Shown in pieces: positions 36,376 to 44,753 of a stretch of 64,000 nt of DNA. The position numbers were made by a program, and so were the translations under genes. The number at the start of each line of letters is the position of its first letter. The first letter of the stretch is position 1. Origin of the DNA: Gammaproteobacteria bacterium (GTDB lineage: Bacteria > Pseudomonadota > Gammaproteobacteria > Steroidobacterales > GCA-2729495); contig JAJFJS010000026.1 in the NCBI GenBank assembly GCA_021773815.1, positions 4,693 through 68,692 on the forward strand, in the 5' to 3' direction. The notes beneath the pieces are model-generated. The model ran no database searches. It saw only the letters and a program-made list of their open reading frames with translations, and was not told where the DNA came from.

Positions 36376-37554
36376 TTATTGCGCTGGCCCGTCTTTTCCC
36401 GGCCCGTTCTCTAAATCGACGCGTTGATATTCACCTTTGGCACTTAATGAGATTACAACAGGCGATGTCGTGGTATTTTTCCAGTACCAGCCATGTGTGC
36501 CGGCAAAGGTTGCGGTGAATACTCCGCTTGACTGACTGTCCGTACTTTTTTCGAAGCTTTCGAAATAACCACCGGTTTCGCCGGCCGGTTCGCCATGAAA
36601 ATCAAAAAATAGCTCGACGCCATCGGTCTGCCAAGAATATTCAAGCGTGGCACCTTGTTCCAAGTAAAATTTGTATTCTTTACCAACTCGGGCGGGAATA
36701 ATAATACTGATCGAGTCCTGCCTTTGAGTGGACGGTAATTTTGTCGAATCTTGCGTTGTTGTAACACGTGCATCGTCACCCGCTGTTTGCGAAGAACCTG
36801 CACTAACCGCAAATTCGTCGGGGTTGCTGGCGTGCAAATAACCATGCATCTGCATCAGAAACAATAGGCCGCCCCCTAAGATCAGACCAAGGTTAGCGAC
36901 TATGCTGAAGGTCTGGAATGATTGACTTTTTCGCCAGGCGGCGATGAACAGTAACATCAGCACCAGGGCACAGATCTGCCCCAACTCGATACCTACATTG
37001 AACGAAATGATATTGAGTAGCAGGCTGTCTTCGCTCAATGGTAGTTCCTGCAGTCGTGTAGACAGACCGAAGCCATGAATCAATCCTAGTCCGACGACCA
37101 TTAGCAACATATTCGGTGGATTTATGTTGAGATATTTTCGGAAGCCGTCAATGTTGGCAAAAGCTATATAACAGACACTTAAGGCGACCACCGCGTCGAT
37201 GAGAAAGTAGTTCAGTTGGATTGCGTTGAAAGTGGCATAGATCAGGGTAACGCTGTGACCCAGCGTAAACGCAGTGACGTATTTGACAATATCGCGAAAA
37301 CCGTTCAGAAAAAACACGATACCGAAAACAAATGCCAAGTGGTCGTAGCCCGATAACATGTGTGTTGCGCCAAGCCACATGTAGGCCAGATTGCCGCCCT
37401 CGATGATGGCCTGCTTTTCGCTCTCGGACATGCCATGTGCATAAGCCAACTGTGATAGCAGTGCAAATGCGAATAGTCCTGCCAGCAGGGAATAGAGTCT
37501 TGATGTTGATGCCACTGTTTCTCGTCTCCGTTGACTATTTCCAGTTTTGTTCAT
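36376..37554 (-). CDS. HupE/UreJ-family membrane protein fused to a ~150-aa C-terminal soluble domain
   Basis: Signal peptide ending AYA|HG, then WLGATHMLSGYDHLAFVFGIVFFL and a further 5 TM helices. The extension is ...YKFYLEQGATLEYSWQTDGVELFFDFHGEP...FAGTHGWYWKN.... The ATG at 37554 is preferred to the TTG at 37566. Confidence 0.7.
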   Translation of the reverse strand: MNKTGNSQRRRETVASTSRLYSLLAGLFAFALLSQLAYAHGMSESEKQAIIEGGNLAYMWLGATHMLSGYDHLAFVFGIVFFLNGFRDIVKYVTAFTLGHSVTLIYATFNAIQLNYFLIDAVVALSVCYIAFANIDGFRKYLNINPPNMLLMVVGLGLIHGFGLSTRLQELPLSEDSLLLNIISFNVGIELGQICALVLMLLFIAAWRKSQSFQTFSIVANLGLILGGGLLFLMQMHGYLHASNPDEFAVSAGSSQTAGDDARVTTTQDSTKLPSTQRQDSISIIIPARVGKEYKFYLEQGATLEYSWQTDGVELFFDFHGEPAGETGGYFESFEKSTDSQSSGVFTATFAGTHGWYWKNTTTSPVVISLSAKGEYQRVDLENGPGKDGPAQ

Positions 37555-37624
37555 GTCTGCGAACAATGTGTGAGGGGCCTATTTTCGCTGGCCATTATTT
37601 ATGACAGGCAGGCTCGTCAGCCTG

Positions 37625-38128
37625 TCAATCACTGACATCAGAAGCACCGGCCAGACGGTTCAGCGCCGGCAGCACCAGCAGTGACATTAGATCCAGGCGC
37701 TCGATAATAAGCTCATTCTCCAGTTGATCCTCCTGTGCGGCAGTAATAGACAGTCGACCGGAACGAAGAGCCGAGGGTTGGAAGATGCGCGACAGGCGCA
37801 GCGTGGTTTCACTTCCTCCAAAACCTGAAAATCCCCCGGTTCCCCCGATATCCTCAACCTGCAGTTCAACCGACCATTGCGGCCTTGGCGCCGCCTGATC
37901 GAGCTGCGCGGCAGCTGCTTCGCGGCCGAATGGCGCCGAGCGAAGTCGGGATTTTTTTCCAGAGGTAAGCTTCGCTGCTTGTAACAACGTCAGCGCTGAT
38001 GCATCAGATGGCGTTTCCTCAGATTTAGCCTGAGAAAAGGTGATAGGGACGGAAAGAACCATCCACAATATGAATAGACGAAGCAAAACACTCTCCCACA
38101 CGATCGAATGAACACGGCAAAGCCGCAA
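37625..38128 (-). pseudogene. N-terminal fragment of a CzcC/TolC-like outer-membrane efflux protein
   Basis: The segment LTLLQAAKL...APRPQWSVELQVEDIGGTGGFSGFGGSETTLRLSRIFQPSALRSGRL matches the N-terminal ~160 aa of CzcC-type OMFs (PNP.l....en.gG.g...g..e.t..lsq..e.ggkr). The ORF stops at 167 aa, versus about 420 expected. Confidence 0.55.
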
Positions 38129-38156
38129 CGAGATTGCACTTCAGCAATCGAGCGTT

Positions 38157-38522
38157 CTATACGATCGGAGGTCGGTAGAGAGGTGCTATTACACTATCGG
38201 GTGGTTTTGTGGTTGGAGGAGGAAATCCTCCGTCGGCCTGCCAGAGAGCTGCTATGTTCACATTGATCACAGAAACAAGTGTCAACATGGGAGCGCCGAA
38301 TTCATGCATGTGCATCACGCCAGTATTATCCGGCTCATCAAGGTCTTTCGAATTTTCATCACCGGGAACGTTATGGCTATACGCATCGTGAGCGTGGCCT
38401 TGATGTGCATCATAATGGGTATGAAATTCGGCTGCAGGAAACCCGGATGCAACGACAGACAGCAGCAGCGCAGACAAGATTATTCTACGTTTCCGAGTGA
38501 ATTTTATCGCCTGAGTGGCCAT
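38157..38522 (-). CDS. exported His-rich protein (CzcI/DUF2946-like?)
   Basis: Signal peptide from the ATG at 38522. The mature N-terminus is AEFHTHYDAHQGHAHDAYSHN and the C-terminus is ...APLYRPPIV. The gene sits directly upstream of the czcC-like fragment, as czcI does in czcNICBA. The family call is weak. Confidence 0.4.
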   Translation of the reverse strand: MATQAIKFTRKRRIILSALLLSVVASGFPAAEFHTHYDAHQGHAHDAYSHNVPGDENSKDLDEPDNTGVMHMHEFGAPMLTLVSVINVNIAALWQADGGFPPPTTKPPDSVIAPLYRPPIV

Positions 38523-38717
38523 CTTTTGAGACAGTGACACAATATTTGTCTCAGATCAATGGTGGTCGCAGCGCCGACATCTTGAAGGAAGGCGCCGGTC
38601 CCGGCGGGTACCTCCAATCTTTTGTCCTGTCGTTATCCGTGCACTCCTGAGCAGATGGAGTCGATGCAAGGCCCAAGAAAAAACCTTTTTAGAGGGCCAG
38701 CACAATATTTTTTGCGA

Positions 38718-39281
38718 TCAGTGTGATTTACTTTCCGCCCCGGAATTGTTGGCTGGCTCTCGGGACGTATGCATGTGCAGGATCTTCCATTCGTTGTTTG
38801 ATTCCGACAAAACCATAGTTGCTTTCCCATTCATTTCAACCTTGTGCTGACCGCCGGCAAACTTGTCACTTTTAATAGTGACTTCCATAAAGAAATCCAT
38901 TGTGGCAAAGGCCAGATTACCGCTTACGTAGGGTCGTATATTGCTTAAGCTATAGTTTGTATCATTAAACATCGGCAGCTCCGCAGCCAAATGCTTGCGG
39001 TAGCTTTCCCAGCCTAAATCCTGAGAAGTACCTTCCAGGCTGCTGAATACATCACTGGTTATGAAATATTTCTCTATCTCTGCAATATTTGCGGTCTGAA
39101 CGGCTTTCGCGTATTTCTCCAGCATGTTCACCACGCGTTTGTCCTGATAACTTAAGGGAGGTTGTGCCGGCTGGTCGCCGTGAGCTTCGCCCTCGTGAGC
39201 GATGGCGATACTGCAAACAGCCATAGCAACGAGGATCGCTGCTGTGAACAGTAGTTTCTTAATCGGTAAATGCTGTGGCAT
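38718..39281 (-). CDS. exported NTF2-like (SnoaL/DUF4440) protein with a His-rich mature N-terminus
   Basis: Signal peptide ...SIAIA|HEGEAHGD. The C-terminal pattern GKATMVLSESNNEWKILHMHTS is typical of DUF4440/SnoaL-like folds. Confidence 0.55.
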   Translation of the reverse strand: MPQHLPIKKLLFTAAILVAMAVCSIAIAHEGEAHGDQPAQPPLSYQDKRVVNMLEKYAKAVQTANIAEIEKYFITSDVFSSLEGTSQDLGWESYRKHLAAELPMFNDTNYSLSNIRPYVSGNLAFATMDFFMEVTIKSDKFAGGQHKVEMNGKATMVLSESNNEWKILHMHTSREPANNSGAESKSH

Positions 39282-39612
39282 TAGTATGCTCCGCTTTATG
39301 TAATTTTGAACTTTATCAAGACAATTTTTTGTATTAGGTAATTTTTTTTCTATGTCGACTATATATACATCGATTAGTGTCTATATCGTCGGCAAATATA
39401 TTGGTGGAGCGTGAGATAATTTTTCAGGCAAGTCAATAAATTGGTATGTGGCCGATAATCTCCACTGAATCGCCTGCGATCTCTAGACGCCTGACAGCCG
39501 TTCAGTAAATCGCTCTTCATGCTCTACCGATGACAGTTGGTCGTTGAACAGGAGTTGTCCGACGGTGATTGTCGAACCGAGTCGGCAATCTGCCAAAATC
39601 ACAAAACATCGA

Positions 39613-39650
39613 TTAGGAGGCGGTAGCTCTATCCAGCTGAGCTACCGGGG
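39613..39650 (-). repeat. orphan 5' half of tRNA-Arg(CCU), positions ~2-39
   Basis: TTAGGAGGCGGTAGCTCTATCCAGCTGAGCTACCGGGG compared with 35658-35695 of the intact gene gives 36/38 identical. No 3' half follows it. Confidence 0.8.
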
Positions 39651-39725
39651 TACGCCGAGCGGCTGATTATCCCGGAAAGTTTCCGGTTTTTCCCGTCGCC
39701 GGGTGGCGGGATAACGGATTCCGGT

Positions 39726-40508
39726 TCATTGCTCACCACGCGAACAGACAGCACGGACCGCCGCGGACCAGAGCAGCACCAACCTTTCATAGAGCGCGCG
39801 GTAAACCGCGAGTCGGCGCGCCGTTTCCGGCTGCACGGCGCCGAAGTAGGCCGTCAGCAAGCCGTCGGCCTCGTCATCGGTGAAGTTGTGATGGCCGGCG
39901 ACGATGGCCAGGTCGAACATCGGGTCGCCTATCGCCGCGTACTCCCAGTCGATGAGCACCAGGCCCTTTGCTTCGATGATGTTCGCGCAGACCAGGTCGT
40001 TGTGGCACAGGCATCGCTTCGGCGCTGCCTCGTCCAGTTCGGTCAGCATCCGCAGCGCATCCGCAGCCAGGTCGCGCGCATTGGCGGTGCCGATGCATTG
40101 TGCATAGCCGCCGATCGCACCGCGCAGATCAAGCATCGGGCCGGCCGGTTCGAGCGCGTGCAGTTGCTTCAATACGCCGGCGAGACGGCGTATCCGCTCC
40201 GGGTCGTGCACCTCGGTCTGGGTCCATGCCCTGCCCTCCACGTAGCACGTGATCAGGAGTCCCCGTTCCACGTCGACATGCTCGGGCCGCGGCCCGAGTC
40301 CCTGTTTGGCGACCCGTTTCAGAATCCGCGCCTCGGCGGCACGATCGAACGCGAGCGCCCGGGCGACATCAGTATCGACGCGCAGCACGAAGTAGTCGGT
40401 GCCGCGTTCGACGAGGTAGCTGTCGCTCGTCGGCCCGCCGGCCAGTTCCGTGACGATCCGCGCATCGGCGAAGGCCTCGATTTCACGCAGCCGCTCGTCG
40501 GCGTTCAT
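39726..40508 (-). CDS. APH/choline-kinase-fold kinase, predicted thiamine kinase
   Basis: Catalytic loop CHNDLVCANII and motif LIDWEYAAIGDPMFDLA; last gene of the TPP-riboswitch operon. Confidence 0.7.
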   Translation of the reverse strand: MNADERLREIEAFADARIVTELAGGPTSDSYLVERGTDYFVLRVDTDVARALAFDRAAEARILKRVAKQGLGPRPEHVDVERGLLITCYVEGRAWTQTEVHDPERIRRLAGVLKQLHALEPAGPMLDLRGAIGGYAQCIGTANARDLAADALRMLTELDEAAPKRCLCHNDLVCANIIEAKGLVLIDWEYAAIGDPMFDLAIVAGHHNFTDDEADGLLTAYFGAVQPETARRLAVYRALYERLVLLWSAAVRAVCSRGEQ

Positions 40509-41116
40509 GCCGCCGCCTCGTCCGGCAGGTCTTTGCGCCAGGCCAGGTAGCCGATGACGATCAGCACGAGATAGCCTGCAAACAGCAGCGCCGTTAAATA
40601 GAGTTCGCGATTGGCATAGAGAAAGACCGATACGCCGTCGATGACGAACCAGTAAAGCCAGTTCTCGAGGATCTTGCGCGCGACCATGAAGGTCGCGACG
40701 ACGGCGCCCCAGGTCGTGAACGAATCAACATACGGCAGCGCCGCCTGGCTGAAGTCACTTAGCAAACGCCCGCTGATCAGTGTCGCGACGATAATGCCGC
40801 CGATGACGCTCGCGTGCCGGGCGGCCCGCCAGCGACCGACCGGCAGCGAATGGTCTGCACCCGGGCCATGACGCCACTGGTACCAGCCGTACACCGCCAT
40901 ACCGAGGTAAAACACCTGCAGCGCGGATTCCATATAGAGCTGCACGCGGATCATCAGCACGAAGTAGATCGCGGTCGACCAAAAAGCTGCAGCCCAACAC
41001 CAGATGTTCTGGCGTATCGCCAGCAGCAGGTAGGTGACGGCCAGCAGTACGGCGGCGACCTCCCATGGCGACATCGCCGCCGCTGCGTTCAGCACATTGT
41101 CGAGTGCTTCATTCAA
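40505..41116 (-). CDS. PnuC-family transporter (PnuT-type, predicted thiamine uptake)
   Basis: WEVAAVLLAVTYLLLAIRQNIWCW...LQVFYLGMAVYGWYQW; 4-nt overlap with the kinase gene. Confidence 0.85.
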   Translation of the reverse strand: MNEALDNVLNAAAAMSPWEVAAVLLAVTYLLLAIRQNIWCWAAAFWSTAIYFVLMIRVQLYMESALQVFYLGMAVYGWYQWRHGPGADHSLPVGRWRAARHASVIGGIIVATLISGRLLSDFSQAALPYVDSFTTWGAVVATFMVARKILENWLYWFVIDGVSVFLYANRELYLTALLFAGYLVLIVIGYLAWRKDLPDEAAA

Positions 41117-41378
41117 GATCAGGGGTTCGGTTGATGTCGAGACCCGTGTTCAGGAACTTCGCGACGAACACGACCTTGTCATTGGCCGCCATCGCCCGCT
41201 CGATGCACCCGTTGACGGCGGGCATGACGGCGGCGAATTCGCCGCATACCTGCGTGCTCATCTGGTTGGTGACGGTCTCGATACCCCCGTGGCCGCGAAG
41301 TTCCTTGACGAACGCACGGATCGTCGGTTTGTAGTCGGCCGCGAGCGGATACATGCTCAGTTCAACGGTGATCATCAT
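41109..41378 (-). CDS. MTH1187/YkoF-family (thiamine/HMP-binding) small protein
   Basis: The MMITVELSMYPL N-terminus and the ~90-aa size fit the family. The ATG at 41378 is preferred. Confidence 0.55.
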   Translation of the reverse strand: MMITVELSMYPLAADYKPTIRAFVKELRGHGGIETVTNQMSTQVCGEFAAVMPAVNGCIERAMAANDKVVFVAKFLNTGLDINRTPDLE

Positions 41379-41401
41379 CTGCGTAGTTGCCTCGCCTCTG
41401 G

Positions 41402-43531
41402 TCAAAAAAACCGTTTCAGTGTCACGCCGACCCGGCGCGGGTTGCCGGCCTGCGTGTAGAGCCGGTCCGGATACGCCGGCGGTTCATTGCCGAAATAGAA
41501 TCCGCGGACCGAGTATGTCTCATCGAAAATATTCTGTCCCCAGAACTCGACCGACCACGCGTTCCAGGACCGGCCGAACCGCAGGTTAGCGCGCTCGGTG
41601 GCGCGCGATTTCTGATCGTGACTGTAGTCGAAATAGAACGCATCGCTGCCCGTGATGTCCGCGCGCACAAACCAGCCGAGCGCATGCTCCCAGGTGGCAC
41701 CGACCATGAACGTGTACGCGGGCGCATGCGCCTGGCCCCGGCCCTCGAGATCGCGGACATAATCGAATCGCTCGATGTCCGCATCAAGCAAGCCGAGCGA
41801 ACCGTGTACAGCCCACTGCTCGGCGAATCGCCAGTCGACGGCGGCCTCCACGCCCAGGTTGCGCCCCCGGCGCGCGTTAGCCGTCAGGAACGAGAACGCG
41901 ATCGGGTTGCCGGCCGTGTCCTGCACCGGCACCTTGACCTGCATGTCGTCGCGCTCCATCCAGAAGGTGACGAGGTCGGCGCGCAGTCTCCGGTCCGCAG
42001 CCAGGTACTTGATGCCGAGTTCCGCGTTCCACAGCGTCTCTGACCGGTACGGTACGCGATCGGGCGGCGCATTTGCATCGAGGTTGAAGCCGCCGGCCTT
42101 ATAGCCCCGTGCGGCGCGCGCGTAGAGCATCGTTGTATCCGCGGCCTGCCAGCTGACGTTCACGTGACCGCCCCACAGGTTGTCATCCGGACCAAAGGTC
42201 ACGGCGCCATCGGCGTAGTCGGCCTCCCAGCGCTCCCAGCGCGCACCAACGTCGATACGCCACGCGCCGCCGAGCGGCATGCCGAGTTCGGCGAACAGCG
42301 CCCGGCTGCGTGAATCGAACGCGCTGGCGAACGGCGTCACGCACGGCAGGATGCACCAGAAATCATCGCGGCCGGTATCGATGACGTCGATGCGCTCGTC
42401 GAGGTTCAGCCCGTAGGCGCCGACCAGCCAGTCAACGCGGCCGAACAACCGGCCGTCCGGACCGGAGACCAGCCGGAATTCCTGGCTATCGGTGTCACGC
42501 GCACGCTTCGTGGCCGAAAAATAATCGTAAATCGCGAACCCGTATTGCGGCGTGTTCCAGAACGCGTCGTTGCCCCAGTCGGCATCGAAACTGAACCACG
42601 AATCGGTCCGGGCCAGACTGGTGATCGCGACGAACGTCGCGACCTCGCCGAAATGGCCCGTCACGCGCAGCGAACCGGCCGCCGTCTCCTGCACATCACG
42701 GCCGGGCTTGTCCGAGACTGTCGCCTGTTTGTGATTGTCGACCGACCAGGCGTCATAGCCGTTGTCGATATCGGCATACAGGCCGGTCAGGTCGAACTGC
42801 CAGCCGTCCCCCAGCTGCCAGCGCAGCTTGCCGCGCGCGGTCGTTTCATCCTGGCCGTTGGTGTCATCGCGGCCGAGATAGCGATTGCGGCGATTACCGT
42901 CGCTGTCGTAATGCTGCACGGCCAGCCGATACGCGGCGGTGTCGCTGATCGGGCCGGTCAGCATGCCGCCGAGCGCCGTGGTGTCATCACTGCCGGCCGT
43001 CGCCTCGATACCCGCGGCGACCGCGTCCTCCGGTTCGGCCGAACGCACGAAAATCAGACCGGCCAGCGCACTGGCGCCGTAGCGGGCGCCCTGCGGGCCG
43101 CGCAGCACATCAATTTGATCGACATCGAACAGCGTGGCCGCGCTGCCGAGCCCGGACAGGTCGATGTCGTCGATGATAAAACCGACCGACGGATTCGGTG
43201 CGCCCTGGTATTGCTCGAGCTCGCCGATGCCGCGCAACTGGAAATAACGCGCGCGATTACCGTCGCCCGAGTAGTTCAGGTTCGGCACACGCGCGATCAG
43301 TTCCTCGAAATGCTGCACGCTCGATCGACGAATCTCGTCGGCGTCGAGCACCGTGATACTGGCCGGCAGCGATTCGGGTCCGGTGGTACGAAACACGGAA
43401 ACCACGACCTCGTCGACCACCGGATCGTCCACGGCCGCAGCCTTGCCGGCAGCGAAAAACGTGGCCATGGCGACGGCAACCGCGACGACGGTCGGCGTCA
43501 TCGCAGCTGGCCGGTGGAAAATACGATTCAT
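41402..43531 (-). CDS. TonB-dependent outer-membrane receptor
   Basis: Signal peptide, TonB box DEVVVSV, plug motifs and the C-terminal ...VGVTLKRFF. Confidence 0.9.
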   Translation of the reverse strand: MNRIFHRPAAMTPTVVAVAVAMATFFAAGKAAAVDDPVVDEVVVSVFRTTGPESLPASITVLDADEIRRSSVQHFEELIARVPNLNYSGDGNRARYFQLRGIGELEQYQGAPNPSVGFIIDDIDLSGLGSAATLFDVDQIDVLRGPQGARYGASALAGLIFVRSAEPEDAVAAGIEATAGSDDTTALGGMLTGPISDTAAYRLAVQHYDSDGNRRNRYLGRDDTNGQDETTARGKLRWQLGDGWQFDLTGLYADIDNGYDAWSVDNHKQATVSDKPGRDVQETAAGSLRVTGHFGEVATFVAITSLARTDSWFSFDADWGNDAFWNTPQYGFAIYDYFSATKRARDTDSQEFRLVSGPDGRLFGRVDWLVGAYGLNLDERIDVIDTGRDDFWCILPCVTPFASAFDSRSRALFAELGMPLGGAWRIDVGARWERWEADYADGAVTFGPDDNLWGGHVNVSWQAADTTMLYARAARGYKAGGFNLDANAPPDRVPYRSETLWNAELGIKYLAADRRLRADLVTFWMERDDMQVKVPVQDTAGNPIAFSFLTANARRGRNLGVEAAVDWRFAEQWAVHGSLGLLDADIERFDYVRDLEGRGQAHAPAYTFMVGATWEHALGWFVRADITGSDAFYFDYSHDQKSRATERANLRFGRSWNAWSVEFWGQNIFDETYSVRGFYFGNEPPAYPDRLYTQAGNPRRVGVTLKRFF

Positions 43532-43595
43532 GTCGCGGATCTCTTGGTCAAAACAAAGATCCGGTTGGCGACGGTCGGCGGGAAATGCAAAGTGC

Positions 43596-43690
43596 GCGTC
43601 CTCTCCCTACGCCGGAATTAACCGGATCAGGTTCCAAGGGTTCCTGCGGACAGGTCTCAGGCCGTTTCGGCCACCCCCAAGGCGGTGGCT
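43596..43690 (-). promoter_or_regulatory. TPP (THI-box) riboswitch
   Basis: The minus strand reads GGGGUGGCCGAAACGGCCUGAGACCUGUCCGCAGGAACCCUUGGAACCUGAUCCGGUUAAUUCCGGCGUAGGGAGAG. It contains the conserved CUGAGA and ACCUGAUC.GG.UAAU.CCGGCGUAGGGA cores and lies 65 nt upstream of the receptor ATG. Confidence 0.85.
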
Positions 43691-43726
43691 ACTATAGCAG
43701 GAAACAACGTCGGGGCGACGTCGCGC

Positions 43727-44146
43727 CTATTCGCCGATGACAGTCACCGTCATGCGTCGCGTATGTCCGGCAGTCCGGTGCTCCCAGAGATAAATACCCT
43801 GCCAGGTGCCGAACAGGCAGCGGCCATCACCGACCGGCACGCTGATGCCCGACTGGGTCAGCATGCTGCGCACGTGCGCTGACATGTCGTCCGGTCCTTC
43901 CATCGTGTGTCGATACAACGCATCGCCGTCCGGTACGGCGCGCTGCATCCAGGCCTCGAGATCGCGATGCACATCCGGGTCGGCGTTCTCGGTCAACACC
44001 AGGGACGCGCTCGTATGATGCACGAACACCTGACACAGCCCGGTCCGGATGCCGGATTGTTGGACAATCGCCGCGACCTGTTCGCCGACATCAACGATGC
44101 CCCGGGCGCGCGTCGCCGCCTCGAACGTCTGCTGGAATACGCCCAT
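43727..44146 (-). CDS. yjbQ: YjbQ/UPF0047 family protein (secondary thiamine-phosphate synthase)
   Basis: LCQVFVHHTSASLVLTENADPDVHRDLE...GPDDMSAHVRS...GTWQGIYLWEHR. Confidence 0.85.
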   Translation of the reverse strand: MGVFQQTFEAATRARGIVDVGEQVAAIVQQSGIRTGLCQVFVHHTSASLVLTENADPDVHRDLEAWMQRAVPDGDALYRHTMEGPDDMSAHVRSMLTQSGISVPVGDGRCLFGTWQGIYLWEHRTAGHTRRMTVTVIGE

Positions 44147-44150
44147 CGGG

Positions 44151-44714
44151 TTACGGGACGTACGGGGTTCCGTATTTGAGCTGCAGCGTCTTGACCTTGC
44201 CGTACCACGGGATGCTGACGATATACAGATTGTCGTACTCGCCCGCCGCGATCGGCGCCAGGCGCTTGCTGCCGTGGAATTCGCGGATCAGCAACGGCAG
44301 CGCATCGCCATCGGTGATCACCAGCACGATCCTGCCCTTGTATTCCTTGAGAATCAGTTGCGTGAGTCCGGTGATTTTTTCCGCATCAACGACCTGCACC
44401 GGCACCTGCCCCGCGCTGGCCAGCGGTTCGGCGGTTTCCTGCGTGCGGCGGAACTGGGTCGTGAAAATCGCATCGACCCCGGCAACCACGTCGATGCTGC
44501 CGATCACGCGCGCGAGTTCGCGTGCGCGCACACGGCCCGCCGGACTGAGGCCCGGATTTTCGGCTTTATCGGCCGTTTCGGCATAGCGCACGAACACGAC
44601 GGTCGTGGTCGCCTGCGACTCGAACACCCAGGCGAGGCCGATTGCGACGACCAGGAACAGTACGCTCGCAATTATTCTTCGCCGGCGCCGTCGTTTACGT
44701 CGATTCTCGTCCAC
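44151..44714 (-). CDS. membrane-anchored histidine-phosphatase-fold protein lacking both catalytic His residues
   Basis: N-terminal Arg-rich region plus a TM helix. It has VVFVRYAET where the family has RHGE/RHAE, a retained FRRTQETAEPL motif, and IVLVITDGD where the family has V.HG. Confidence 0.5.
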   Translation of the reverse strand: MDENRRKRRRRRRIIASVLFLVVAIGLAWVFESQATTTVVFVRYAETADKAENPGLSPAGRVRARELARVIGSIDVVAGVDAIFTTQFRRTQETAEPLASAGQVPVQVVDAEKITGLTQLILKEYKGRIVLVITDGDALPLLIREFHGSKRLAPIAAGEYDNLYIVSIPWYGKVKTLQLKYGTPYVP

Positions 44715-44753
44715 GTGCTTTGTTTATTCCCCGTTAACCATAGTCAAAGATCG

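Larger units (their letters stand above)
35697..39612. mobile_element. 3.9-kb low-GC islet bounded by direct repeats of the tRNA-Arg 5' half; metal-related and partly decayed genes; no recombinase
   Basis: GC is visibly lower (about 45% by eye) than in the flanks. The islet is bounded by the intact tRNA (5' half at 35658-35696) and the 38-nt 5'-half copy at 39613-39650. Confidence 0.4.
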
